This document shows positions 44,076 to 53,895 of a stretch of 64,000 bases of DNA, piece after piece. Every line of letters starts with the position of its first letter. Position 1 is the stretch's first letter. The notes under the pieces are model-generated. The model did no database searches. It was not told where the DNA came from and saw only the letters and a program-made list of their open reading frames with translations. Location: contig OZ245742.1 of NCBI GenBank assembly GCA_965227295.1, positions 3,456,001-3,520,000 on the forward strand. The letters are read 5' to 3'. Source of the stretch: Leptonemataceae bacterium (lineage in GTDB: Bacteria; Spirochaetota; Leptospiria; Leptospirales; Leptonemataceae). The position numbers were made by a program, and so were the translations under genes.

Positions 44076-46874
44076 CTATTCGGCCGCGCCGGATGATACC
44101 GTATCTTTCGCTAACCGCGCCTCAATCGTATCTACGACTTCCAGCAGACGACCTTTCTTGATCGGCTTGGTCAGGTGTTCATCGCAGCCGGCGTCTCGTG
44201 TGCGTTCCAGGTCCTCGCGCATGGCGTAGGCGGTGAGGGCGATGATCGGCGTGCGGCGCAAAGAACCCGGCGATACGCCGTGCTGTTGTTCGCGAATGGT
44301 TTCGTAGGCCCGCATGAGGCGGGTGGCCTCGTAGCCGTCCATGATCGGCATTTGCATATCCATTAGCACCAGGTCGTACTGGCCGCTCTTGAAACGCTCC
44401 ACCGCCTCGCGACCGTTTTCGGCGAAGGTCAAACGATGGTGCGTCTTCTTTAAGAACGCTTCGATCAGCAGGCGGTTGTCCTCGGTGTCCTCGACGAGGA
44501 GAATGCTCAGGCCGTCTTTTTTTAGATCCACCGCGGTGTCCCGTTCGCCGGCAGCGTTTTCTTGCTCGGGGGTGTCCGAGTAGCGCCGCAGGAGGCGCGC
44601 CACCGAAGAACGGCGCAGGGGTTTCACGAGATACGCATCGATGTCGAATTCCTGCAGGCGCCCGCGATCGTCGCGGTAGCTGTCGGAAGTCAGCAGCATC
44701 ACCGTTCGGGCATCTTCGTGCAGATGATCGTGCATGGCGTCCGCGGTGGCGAAGCCGTTGCGACCGGGCATGCGTCCGTCGAGGAAGATGAGTTCGTAGG
44801 GCCGGCCGGCTTCGTGGGCCGTGCGAATCATGGCCAGCGCTTCGTCGCTGTCCCGGGCTTCTTCAACGAGGCCGGAGTTCGTGCCGAGGTCTTCGAGAAT
44901 CTCGCGCAACACCAGACGATTGATGTCGTGGTCGTCGATGATCAACGTGCGTGCCTTCGGCGGTTCCACCGGATGTTCGCTTTCTCGCGGCGGGACGCCG
45001 GCCCGGAACGTTCCAGTAAAATGAAAGACGCTGCCCGGCCCGTCGTCCTCGGGGGCGTCGACGCCGATGCGCCCGCCCATCATTTCAATGAGCCGCCGGG
45101 AGATGGCCAGGCCGAGGCCCGTGCCGCCGTACTTGCGCGTCGTCGACGAATCCACCTGCGTGAAGTTTTCGAAGATGGCCTGGCGTTTCTCCGCCGGAAT
45201 GCCGATACCCGTGTCCCGCACGGAGATCCGAATGACGTAGCCGTCGGCCGTGCGCGAAAGCAGACCGGCTTCGACGCGAACCTCGCCCTCGGACGTAAAC
45301 TTCGTTGCGTTGCCGATTAAGTTCACCAGCACCTGGCGCAGGCGATGCGGGTCCCCGCGTAGATGCCGCGGTGTTCCCGGCACGACCCGGGAAGAAATCT
45401 CAAGGCCCTTCTGGTGCGCCTGCAACGCCATGATCTCGCAGGTACGATCGAGCATCTCTTCTAATTGAAAATCCAGCTCTTCCAGTTCCAGGTGCCCCGC
45501 TTCGATTTTAGAAAGATCCAGGATGTCGTTGATCAACGTAAGCAACGTGTCGCCGGCTTTACGCAGGACCTCGATGTACTCCCGCTGTTCGTCGTCGACG
45601 TTCGTATCGCGCAGGAGATCGGACATGCCGATGATGGCGTTCATGGGCGTGCGGATCTCGTGGGACATGGACGCCAGAAACTCGGACTTCGCGCGGTTCG
45701 CGGCATCGGCGGCTTCTTTGGCCTGTTCGAGTTGGTCCTGGACCTCCCGGCGTTCCAGGGCCGCGGATAACCAGCGTCCCATGAGCCGCACCAGGTCCTT
45801 GTCGCCGTCGCGGAAGGGCTTCTCCCTGGCTTTCGGTGAGGAGAAGTTAATGGTTCCGAAGCGACGATCGAATATGCGAATGGGCGCGCCGATGTAGGCT
45901 TCCAGTTGGTGCTCGGTGTAGGCCGGATGATGACGCAACGGCGAGTTGCCGAATTGATCGATGGCGATAGGCTCGTCCGCTTCGAAGGTGATGTGGCACG
46001 GCGTGGTACTGAAGCGCAACTGCGCCCCGGCATTCAGTTCAATGCCGGACTCCGCCGATACGTTCAGGATGTTGTAGACGTCCGCTTCCGGATCGATGCG
46101 GCTTAAGATGCCGACGTCGAGCTTTAAGATCTCCCGGCCCAGCGAAAGCATCTCGTCGATTTGGCGGTCCAGGGAAATGCGCGACAGCGACGTCACCTCG
46201 TAGAGACGGCGGATGCGTCGGGAGTACTCGCGGGTTTCTTCCTCGGCGTCGCGGCGTTGTTCGAGTTCTTTCTGCAACGCTTCGTAGAGCCGGGCGTTCT
46301 GGAGGGCGACGGCACCCAGGTCCGAGAAGCCGCTCAGGAGTTCCAGCTCTTCGGCCTGGAACGAGCGCTCGGGTTCGTCCCGGGCGAGCATCAGCACACC
46401 GACCACCCGCCGGCCCATGCGCAGCGGAATGGCCGTGGCGGCATACAACGTTTCTTTGATGCTCTCGCCGCGCTCCGGCCAGGTGGAGTGATTTTCGACC
46501 AGCACGCTCCGGCCGTCCTGCCAGGCCTTGCCGGCAAGGCCGTCGCCGACGCGCGTCGGCCAGCCCACGTAGCGCCGCAACAGGCCGATGCCCGCGCGGA
46601 CCCGCATCTCCCGTTCGTCCTGGGAGAGCAGATGCAGGGCGCCGTGCTGCGTGCCGACAAGATCGGCCGAGCGCTTGACGATCTGTTCCAGGAGATTGTC
46701 CGGGTCCAGTTCGCCGGTAAGGCTGACCGCGGATTCCTGGAGGGAGTCGAGGTACTTCTCGACCTTCTGATGCCGGCGGACCTCTTCTTCGAGTTCGGCC
46801 ACCCGTCGGCGTAATGTAAGGATTTCGTTATGAAGATCCACGGGTTTGCGGCCCGTCCATAGGACGCGCGGCAC
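44076..46874 (-). CDS. Hybrid histidine kinase GAF-GAF-HisKA-HATPase-REC-REC
   Basis: [37 protein letters not shown]; two receiver domains ([16 protein letters not shown]). Confidence 0.95.
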   Translation of the reverse strand: MPRVLWTGRKPVDLHNEILTLRRRVAELEEEVRRHQKVEKYLDSLQESAVSLTGELDPDNLLEQIVKRSADLVGTQHGALHLLSQDEREMRVRAGIGLLRRYVGWPTRVGDGLAGKAWQDGRSVLVENHSTWPERGESIKETLYAATAIPLRMGRRVVGVLMLARDEPERSFQAEELELLSGFSDLGAVALQNARLYEALQKELEQRRDAEEETREYSRRIRRLYEVTSLSRISLDRQIDEMLSLGREILKLDVGILSRIDPEADVYNILNVSAESGIELNAGAQLRFSTTPCHITFEADEPIAIDQFGNSPLRHHPAYTEHQLEAYIGAPIRIFDRRFGTINFSSPKAREKPFRDGDKDLVRLMGRWLSAALERREVQDQLEQAKEAADAANRAKSEFLASMSHEIRTPMNAIIGMSDLLRDTNVDDEQREYIEVLRKAGDTLLTLINDILDLSKIEAGHLELEELDFQLEEMLDRTCEIMALQAHQKGLEISSRVVPGTPRHLRGDPHRLRQVLVNLIGNATKFTSEGEVRVEAGLLSRTADGYVIRISVRDTGIGIPAEKRQAIFENFTQVDSSTTRKYGGTGLGLAISRRLIEMMGGRIGVDAPEDDGPGSVFHFTGTFRAGVPPRESEHPVEPPKARTLIIDDHDINRLVLREILEDLGTNSGLVEEARDSDEALAMIRTAHEAGRPYELIFLDGRMPGRNGFATADAMHDHLHEDARTVMLLTSDSYRDDRGRLQEFDIDAYLVKPLRRSSVARLLRRYSDTPEQENAAGERDTAVDLKKDGLSILLVEDTEDNRLLIEAFLKKTHHRLTFAENGREAVERFKSGQYDLVLMDMQMPIMDGYEATRLMRAYETIREQQHGVSPGSLRRTPIIALTAYAMREDLERTRDAGCDEHLTKPIKKGRLLEVVDTIEARLAKDTVSSGAAE

Positions 46875-46982
46875 AGAGTAGCGTTTCCCCCGTGACGATC
46901 AAGCTGGATTCCCCCGGAATTTTTCTCTCGCGGCGCCGGAAATTGGACGCCGCCTCACGGCTTTTCTATCTTATGGAACATC

Positions 46983-49094
46983 ATGAGCGATTCTACCGTA
47001 ACTTCCGAAAATCCCCTGCTTGAGCGCCCGCCGCTGCCGCCGTTCGAGCGCATTGAGGCGGAGCACGTGGTTCCGGCCGTACGGGAACTCCTGGGTCGAT
47101 TGAACGAGCGCCTCGAACAACTGGAACGTGATACGCCTCCCGGTTGGGCCGTGGTGGAAGAACTCACGCATCTCGAATACGAACTCGATCGCACCTGGGG
47201 GCCGGTGGGCCATCTGCTGGGCGTGAAGAACTCGCCGGAACTGCGCGCCGCGTATGAAGAAGTGCAGCCCGAGGTCGTCGCCATTTATCTCAGGGCCGGC
47301 CAAAGCCGCCCGGTCTACGAAGCCCTGGATGCCCTGCGCAAAGACAATGCGCAATGGAGCGCGCTCAGCGCCGGACAACAGCGCGCCGTAGAACTGCGCC
47401 TCCGGGACATGGAACACGCGGGAGTCGGCCTGCCCGAGGATAAACGCGAACGTTACAACGAAATCGCGCGCGAGCTTTCGAAGCTCAGCACGGACTTTTC
47501 CAACCACGTCCTCGATGCCACAAAGGCGTACGGCCTCGATCTTAGCGACAGATCCGACATCGAAGGTTTGCCCGAGTCGTACTTAAACCTGGCCGCCCAA
47601 TCTTACAATAACGCCCACGCCGAAGAAATCGAAGCGGGGAAGTTAACGAAGGCCGTGCCGGAAAGCGGGCCGTGGCGCGCCAGCCTGGATTTACCCGGCT
47701 TTTTACCGTTCATGGAACACGGCAAACGCCGGGATCTTCGCGAAACTCTGTACCGCGCCTACTTAAGCCGCGCGTCTTCCGGCGAACTCGACAATACCCC
47801 GCTCATCGACCGCATTCTTACGTTACGCAAAGAGCAGGCCGGGCTTTTGGGATTCCACACCTGGGCCGAATTATCCCTCAACGAAAAGATGGCCGGCAGC
47901 GTGGAAGAGGTGGATCGTCTGTTGGAAGAACTACGTTCGGCTTCGTACGATGCGGCGCAGAAGGACCTGACCGAGCTTCAGCAACGCGCAAAAAAAGACG
48001 GCATCACCGAAATCAAACCGTGGGATGTGGCTTACTATTCCGAGCGCCTGCGCGAAGAGCGCTTTCAGTTTACGGACGAAGAATTGCGCCCGTACTTTCC
48101 GCTGCCCCGCGTGCTCGAAGGTCTCTTCGGCCTGGCCGCGCGGCTCTTCGGCGTACGCATCGTTGCGAAAGACGGCGAGGCGCCGGTGTGGCACGAGGAC
48201 GTGCGTTACTTCGCCATTGAAGACGAGCAGGGCGAGCGCGTGGCGGCGTTCTACCTGGATCCGTACTCGCGGCCGGAGAATAAACGCGGCGGCGCCTGGA
48301 TGGGCGATTGCATCGGCCGGCGGCGCTTAAGTTCCGGTGAAGTGGAGTTACCGGTGGCCTACCTGGTCTGCAACGGCACGCCGCCCGTGGGAGACAAACC
48401 CTCGCTCATGACCTTCCGTGACGTCGAGACGCTCTTTCACGAATTCGGCCACGGCCTGCAGCACATGCTCACCCGCGTGGACTACGCCGACGTGGCCGGC
48501 ATCAGCGGGGTGGAGTGGGACGCGGTGGAACTTCCGTCGCAGTTCATGGAGAACTGGTGCTATCATAAACCGACGCTGCTCGGCATGACGGCGCATTACG
48601 AAAGCGGCGCGCCCATGCCCGACGAACTCTTCGAACGCTTGAAGGCGGCGCGGACGTTCCGGGCCGCGAGCGCCATGTTGCGCCAGCTGCGCTTCGCCAT
48701 GCTGGACATGGAATTGCATCATCGTTACGCCCCGGCGACGTCCAGTGAAAGCGTCTTCGAGGTACAAAAACGCATCGACGAAAAGACGTCGTTGATCGCC
48801 CCCCTGGATGAGGACCGGTTCCTGTGTTCGTTCGGACACATCTTCGCCGGCGGTTATTCGGCGGGTTATTACAGCTACAAATGGGCCGAGGTTTTGTCCG
48901 CCGACGCCTTCAGTGCGTTCGAGGAGGCCGGCCTGGACAACGAATCCGCCGTCGCCGAAACCGGCCGGCGTTTTCGGGAAACCGTCCTGGCTCTCGGCGG
49001 CAGCAAACATCCCATGGAGGTGTTTGAAGAATTCCGGGGCCGCAAACCGACCACGGAACCGCTCCTGCGCCACAGCGGACTCACCGCGGCGTGA
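46983..49094 (+). CDS. prlC: Oligopeptidase A (M3A)
   Basis: KRGGAWM, LFHEFGHGLQH, WDAVELPSQFMENW, GYSAGYYSYKWAE. Confidence 0.93.
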   Translation: MSDSTVTSENPLLERPPLPPFERIEAEHVVPAVRELLGRLNERLEQLERDTPPGWAVVEELTHLEYELDRTWGPVGHLLGVKNSPELRAAYEEVQPEVVAIYLRAGQSRPVYEALDALRKDNAQWSALSAGQQRAVELRLRDMEHAGVGLPEDKRERYNEIARELSKLSTDFSNHVLDATKAYGLDLSDRSDIEGLPESYLNLAAQSYNNAHAEEIEAGKLTKAVPESGPWRASLDLPGFLPFMEHGKRRDLRETLYRAYLSRASSGELDNTPLIDRILTLRKEQAGLLGFHTWAELSLNEKMAGSVEEVDRLLEELRSASYDAAQKDLTELQQRAKKDGITEIKPWDVAYYSERLREERFQFTDEELRPYFPLPRVLEGLFGLAARLFGVRIVAKDGEAPVWHEDVRYFAIEDEQGERVAAFYLDPYSRPENKRGGAWMGDCIGRRRLSSGEVELPVAYLVCNGTPPVGDKPSLMTFRDVETLFHEFGHGLQHMLTRVDYADVAGISGVEWDAVELPSQFMENWCYHKPTLLGMTAHYESGAPMPDELFERLKAARTFRAASAMLRQLRFAMLDMELHHRYAPATSSESVFEVQKRIDEKTSLIAPLDEDRFLCSFGHIFAGGYSAGYYSYKWAEVLSADAFSAFEEAGLDNESAVAETGRRFRETVLALGGSKHPMEVFEEFRGRKPTTEPLLRHSGLTAA

Positions 49095-49103
49095 AGATGT
49101 TTG

Positions 49104-49209
49104 ACTCCGAGGACCGAGGTCCCGAGATTTAGAACGGAGGGCTTTCGTCGCCGGCACGCGCTCAGCGTACGCTTGCTCTCTATAAACTCGGTCCCTCGGC
49201 CCTCGGAGT
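49104..49209. repeat. REPIN-like inverted doublet
   Basis: ACTCCGAGGACCGAGGTCCCGAG ... CTCGGTCCCTCGGCCCTCGGAGT. Confidence 0.85.
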
Positions 49210-49217
49210 AAGCAATA

Positions 49218-50189
49218 GTGTCCCGCTTAGAATCACTTCTCGGAACGTTTACGAATCTCTTTCCCCTCTGGGTGCTCGTCGCGGGGGTCGCGGGTTTTCT
49301 CTACCCGCCGTCCGTTACCTGGATGAGCGGCTCGTTGATCACGATCGGCCTGGCAGTGATCATGCTGGGCATGGGCCTATCCCTCCAGGCCGCCGATTTC
49401 CGGCGTGTCTTCGAACAACCGCGCCGCGTGTTCGTCGGCGTGGCGCTCCAGTATACGGTGATGCCCCTGGCCGGATACAGCTTCGCCGTGCTGTTCGAGC
49501 TCCCCGACGAGTTTGCCGCCGGGCTGATCCTCGTTGCCTGCTGTCCGGGCGGCACCGCTTCGAACGTGATCAGTTTCCTGGCCCGGGCCGACCTGTGTCT
49601 CTCCGTGACGATGACCGCCGTGTCGACGCTGCTTGCCGCGCTGCTCACACCGACCCTTACGTTGCTGCTGGTCGGCGATCGCCTGGAAGTGAATCCCCTC
49701 GGCCTCTTTCTGGACACCGCCACGGTAGTCCTCTTGCCGGTGTTCGCGGGTTTGTTGTTGAATCATTACTTAACTTCGACGGCGCAGGTGTTAAAGCCGT
49801 TCGCGCCGCCGGTGGCGGTCATTGCCATCGCGCTGATCGTGGGGTCGGTGCTGGGCGCCAAACGTGAGGCCGTAATTGAATCCGGATTGCAGTTAGCGGC
49901 CGCCATCGTCGTTTTTCATCTTTGCGGCTTCGTTCTGGGATACGTACTCGGCCGATTGGTCGCGGGGGACGAGCCGGCCGCGCGCACCATCGGCATCGAA
50001 GTGGGCATGCAGAACTCCGGCCTCGGCGTGGACCTCGCGCGTAAAAATTTCGCGGGCACGCTCGCCGATGTCCCCGGTGCCATCTCCGCGATGACGCATT
50101 GCATCTTAGGCAGCTTCGCGGCGGCGCTGTGGAGATCGGGAGGGGAAGAAACAAACTCCGAGGCCCGAGGTACCGAGATTGAATCTTAG
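49218..50189 (+). CDS. Bile acid:sodium symporter (BASS) family transporter
   Basis: MLGMGL, QYTVMP, CPGGTASNV, IEVGMQNSGL. Confidence 0.92.
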   Translation: MSRLESLLGTFTNLFPLWVLVAGVAGFLYPPSVTWMSGSLITIGLAVIMLGMGLSLQAADFRRVFEQPRRVFVGVALQYTVMPLAGYSFAVLFELPDEFAAGLILVACCPGGTASNVISFLARADLCLSVTMTAVSTLLAALLTPTLTLLLVGDRLEVNPLGLFLDTATVVLLPVFAGLLLNHYLTSTAQVLKPFAPPVAVIAIALIVGSVLGAKREAVIESGLQLAAAIVVFHLCGFVLGYVLGRLVAGDEPAARTIGIEVGMQNSGLGVDLARKNFAGTLADVPGAISAMTHCILGSFAAALWRSGGEETNSEARGTEIES

Positions 50190-50264
50190 AGAGCGATCAT
50201 AACCTGCTCACGGACTGACTTCGCTCACTCACCTAAAAAAACTCGGCCCCTCGGTCCTCGGAGT
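50155..50264. repeat. REPIN-like inverted doublet overlapping the BASS 3' end
   Basis: ACTCCGAGGCCCGAGGTACCGAG ... CTCGGCCCCTCGGTCCTCGGAGT. Confidence 0.85.
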
Positions 50265-50274
50265 TCCTTCTTAT

Positions 50275-50949
50275 TCAGGTCGCCGGTCGTTTGGTTTGAT
50301 TGCGGATGGGAACGTAGTCCTTGTTCAATGGAAACTCAATGCGGGCCACCGTACGTTCTCCGTTGCGATATACCCGGAAGTTACCCGGATCAAAACCCAG
50401 GTCCTTCATGAGCAGGACGATCATGGCGAGGCCCAGGCCGCGGCCCTCGGTTTCGTCGCCGTAGTGTAGACTGAACTCGACGATGTTCTTAATGTCCGAG
50501 GTGCTCGCCAGCTTGCTGCGGATGCGGCGCTCTTCTTCTTCCAGCAGAATCGACGAGTTCTCCACGAAAACCAGCAGACGATCCTCGTTCAGATCGATGC
50601 GCACGTCCACGTTGAACTCCATCTCCTCCATGGCCTCGCGGTACTCTTCTTCGTCGATGCTGTTGTAGTCCCGCATGAAGGCTTCAATGCCCGGACGATA
50701 GCTTGACGGGTCCGAAAGATCGTAGCCGTTTTTTTCGAAGTAGATGCGTTTGAGATTGGCCTTCACGGCGTTGCCTACGAGTTCCATCAACACGAAGTGC
50801 AGCGTATGCGCGAGACCTTCGATGTGTAGATGCTCTTCCACGCCGTGCGACCAGTCCTTGAGCAGATCCCGGACGAAGCTATCCAGGACCAGAATGGAAA
50901 CGTGTTTTTTAATGGGATCGACCATCATCCGGCGGGGGCTCGCGGCCAA
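50275..50949 (-). CDS. Stand-alone HATPase-like protein (anti-sigma/Ser kinase-like)
   Basis: ELVGNAVKAN N-box and EGRGLGL G-box; no DHp domain. Confidence 0.7.
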   Translation of the reverse strand: MAASPRRMMVDPIKKHVSILVLDSFVRDLLKDWSHGVEEHLHIEGLAHTLHFVLMELVGNAVKANLKRIYFEKNGYDLSDPSSYRPGIEAFMRDYNSIDEEEYREAMEEMEFNVDVRIDLNEDRLLVFVENSSILLEEEERRIRSKLASTSDIKNIVEFSLHYGDETEGRGLGLAMIVLLMKDLGFDPGNFRVYRNGERTVARIEFPLNKDYVPIRNQTKRPAT

Positions 50950-51017
50950 TGATTTCAGGCTTTCTGAAATTCACAAGCTTTTGAGAGATCGCGCCGGGGA
51001 TCGTTGCCCCGCGTCGC

Positions 51018-52454
51018 TCAGGCTGCGGTTACGCTGACGCCGTCCACCAGTACGTAGGGCACGAGGCCGCCGCCCATGAGTTCTTCCAGGCGATCACCTG
51101 CCGCCAGAATGCTCCGGGCCAGGTCGAAAGTATTACCGGAAACCATGATCTCGCGTACCGGTCGGTCGGGCCGGCCGCCTTCCACCCACAGCGAGTTCTT
51201 TGCCACCCCGGAGAAGTTACCGGAAACCTGATCCACGTTGCCGCTAAAACGCCGGAGTAACAAACCCTTACCGAAACGTTGGAAGAGATCCTCCTCTGAC
51301 AGGACCACGCACTCTCCGGACGGCCGAATCTCCACCACGAAATTCGAAAAACCGATGCCCGGCTGAGAGCGAGCGCCGCCGGTCGCGTTGCCCGTCGGGG
51401 CGAGACCGCCGCGGCGCGCAGTGAAACAGTTGTGTCCGAGAAATTGCAGTCGCCCGGAGTCGATGAGGGCGTGGCGCTGCGTCGGCACGCCTTCACGATC
51501 GAACGGCCGCCAGCCCTGAATGCGATTCGCATTCGACGGATCTTCCCATACGCTGAGCGCCGGGGATACCACCTCGTCGCCGATGCGATCTTTCCAGGAA
51601 CTCATGCCGTCCTGATGCATGCGGCCGTTGCAGTTCGTCGCGGCGAGGCCGCCGAGAAAGGACATGGCCGTCCGCGGATGCAGGAGCACGGGGCCCTTGT
51701 AAGATTGGCCGCGAATGGGATCGAGGCAGGCCAGCACCGATTCGCGAAAACGTCCGATGGATGCGTCCAGTTCCGCTTCGACGTCGCTTCGCCGCGCCAC
51801 CGTGGCCCCGTCGTAATCGAACGAGGTGACCTCTTCGCCGTCGCGCGCCATGCCCATGATGTACCAGCTCGCGGAGTTGCGCACCGATGAACGACGCACG
51901 CCGAACGAGTTCACCACGGCCGAACACGAAAGATTCACCGAGAACTCCGCGCGATCGATGGCCACGCGTGGATCGCGCCGCGCCTCATCCACGATGCGTT
52001 GCGTATACGCGATGGCCGCCGCGGCGTCGATCTCAAACAAGGCCGGGTCGATGCGTTGGAAGTCGTTGCCTGTGTTCGCGCCCGCATCGCCGAAGGCGGA
52101 CGGATCGTAGATGCACTGAAACTCGCTTTCCGGGGAGAGAGCCGCGAGACTGCGCACTTCTGCGGCGGCGCTACGGAGAGCGTCGTCGCCGCTGGTGTTG
52201 ATCGTTAAGAAGCCGGTACGTCCGCCGTCGAGGACCGTGCGTACGCCGAAGAGATCCACCGCGTTCGAGGTGCTGACGGCAAAGTCCCGGTTTTCGTAGA
52301 CGATGCGCAGTTCCGTCGAATGCGAGGCGTAAACTTCATTTTGCGAGCGGTTAGCGTCACCGCCGTCGAGTTCGTGCAGGAGAAAATCCGCGCGGTCCAG
52401 GATTTCGCCGCGCTTTGCCTGCGGGTCGGTCGTTTTCGTTTGTAGATGGCTCAA
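51018..52454 (-). CDS. pmbA: TldE/PmbA family protein
   Basis: FDREGVP, TGNA, SGNFS, VSGN; TTG start overlaps tldD stop, GGAGG RBS. Confidence 0.85.
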   Translation of the reverse strand: MSHLQTKTTDPQAKRGEILDRADFLLHELDGGDANRSQNEVYASHSTELRIVYENRDFAVSTSNAVDLFGVRTVLDGGRTGFLTINTSGDDALRSAAAEVRSLAALSPESEFQCIYDPSAFGDAGANTGNDFQRIDPALFEIDAAAAIAYTQRIVDEARRDPRVAIDRAEFSVNLSCSAVVNSFGVRRSSVRNSASWYIMGMARDGEEVTSFDYDGATVARRSDVEAELDASIGRFRESVLACLDPIRGQSYKGPVLLHPRTAMSFLGGLAATNCNGRMHQDGMSSWKDRIGDEVVSPALSVWEDPSNANRIQGWRPFDREGVPTQRHALIDSGRLQFLGHNCFTARRGGLAPTGNATGGARSQPGIGFSNFVVEIRPSGECVVLSEEDLFQRFGKGLLLRRFSGNVDQVSGNFSGVAKNSLWVEGGRPDRPVREIMVSGNTFDLARSILAAGDRLEELMGGGLVPYVLVDGVSVTAA

Positions 52455-53851
52455 TTCTGTGATCCTCCGACCAGGAGTTCGCAGCGCAGGTACGGCCCGC
52501 CGGCGTCCACTTTGGCCGGCTGGCCCTTGCCGCAATGGCCGGAACCCAGGTCCCAGCGAAAGTCTTTGCTCACCGCGTCCACCGACTTCAGCACGTCGAA
52601 GGCGTTGCCGGATACGGTGATCTTCTGCACGCGCTCGCCCAGCCTGCCGTTCTGAATGCGCCGGATGCGCGACGCGCCGAACATAAACTCGCCGGTGGCG
52701 TCGGCCTGGCCGCCCTCGGGACCGTCGATGAAGAAGCCGTCGTCGATGCCGGCGATCATGTCTTCCAGGTTGTCGTTGCCGGGTTCGATGTAGGTGTTGC
52801 GCATGCGGATCAACGGTTCGTCGTCGAACTCCCAGGCCCGGGCGTTGCCGGTGGGCTCCACGCCGTGTTCGGCCGCGGACTCGCGGTTGTGTAAGTAAGA
52901 TACTAACTTACCTTTTTCGATGATTACGGTACGACCGGCGGTGACGCCTTCATCGTCCACGGGCAGAATTCCGCCGGCACCGTCGGCGTACTCGCTCCGG
53001 CCGCTGTCGCACATCGTCACCAGTTCCGAGGCGACCTCGTGGCCGAGTTTGCCGGCGGCGACGGAGCCGGAGTTTACGAAGTCCGCCTCCACCGTATGGC
53101 CGATGGCCTCGTGGGATAGAATGCCCACCATGGCCGGGGCGAGGATGACTTTCTTTTTGCCGCCCTCGGGGGCCGGCGCTTTCAGCAGATCCACCGCGCT
53201 TGCCGCCGCGCTGTCGATGAGTTCCGCGGCATCGTGGTTCCGGAAGAGGCAGTTCCATCCACCGGTACCGCCCACCGAATCCGAGCCGCGCGTGTTCTTG
53301 CCGCCGTCGTTCGCGAAGGCGGCGAAGCGCAGCTCCGGCCGCACCAGGCGGATCGAACAGCGCGCCCCGTCATTGGTGACGATGAATTTGTCTTCGAAGA
53401 TTTCCGTGTAGGCGCAGACGGCGGCGTCGATCAGCGCCGACGAGCCGCGCAGTTTCTCCTCGCTTTCCCGGACCAGGGCGAATTTCTCTTCGAGCGGCAT
53501 GGCATCGAGATCATCGTAGCCGGGGACCGCGAAATCTCCCCGGGCCAGGCGCTCCCGGCCGGCCAGGCGGATCTTTCCTTTGCGGACGCCGGCCAGGGCC
53601 AGGGCCATGGCCTCGGCGGTTTGCAGCGCAGCCTCCAGGCCGGCCGGACTGAGGTCCGACGTCGCCGCGAAGCCCCAGGAGCCGCCGGCCAGGACGCGAA
53701 TGCCCGCGCCCTCGTAGAAACGTGAGGACATGTCGCTGACTTCGCCCTTGCGCACACCCATGCTGCGGACGCGGCGTTTATGGTAACGCACCTCGGCGAA
53801 GTGGTCGGTCTTTGTGGTGAGATCGGTCAGGCGATCGAACAGGGCGGTCAT
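52451..53851 (-). CDS. tldD: TldD family metalloprotease
   Basis: HEAIGHTVEAD, DDEGV, TGNAR, RMRNTY, CGKGQ. Confidence 0.92.
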   Translation of the reverse strand: MTALFDRLTDLTTKTDHFAEVRYHKRRVRSMGVRKGEVSDMSSRFYEGAGIRVLAGGSWGFAATSDLSPAGLEAALQTAEAMALALAGVRKGKIRLAGRERLARGDFAVPGYDDLDAMPLEEKFALVRESEEKLRGSSALIDAAVCAYTEIFEDKFIVTNDGARCSIRLVRPELRFAAFANDGGKNTRGSDSVGGTGGWNCLFRNHDAAELIDSAAASAVDLLKAPAPEGGKKKVILAPAMVGILSHEAIGHTVEADFVNSGSVAAGKLGHEVASELVTMCDSGRSEYADGAGGILPVDDEGVTAGRTVIIEKGKLVSYLHNRESAAEHGVEPTGNARAWEFDDEPLIRMRNTYIEPGNDNLEDMIAGIDDGFFIDGPEGGQADATGEFMFGASRIRRIQNGRLGERVQKITVSGNAFDVLKSVDAVSKDFRWDLGSGHCGKGQPAKVDAGGPYLRCELLVGGSQN

Positions 53852-53895
53852 ATGTGAATACAGGTACTCACAGATGACCGCCCTGTCATGCGCTT

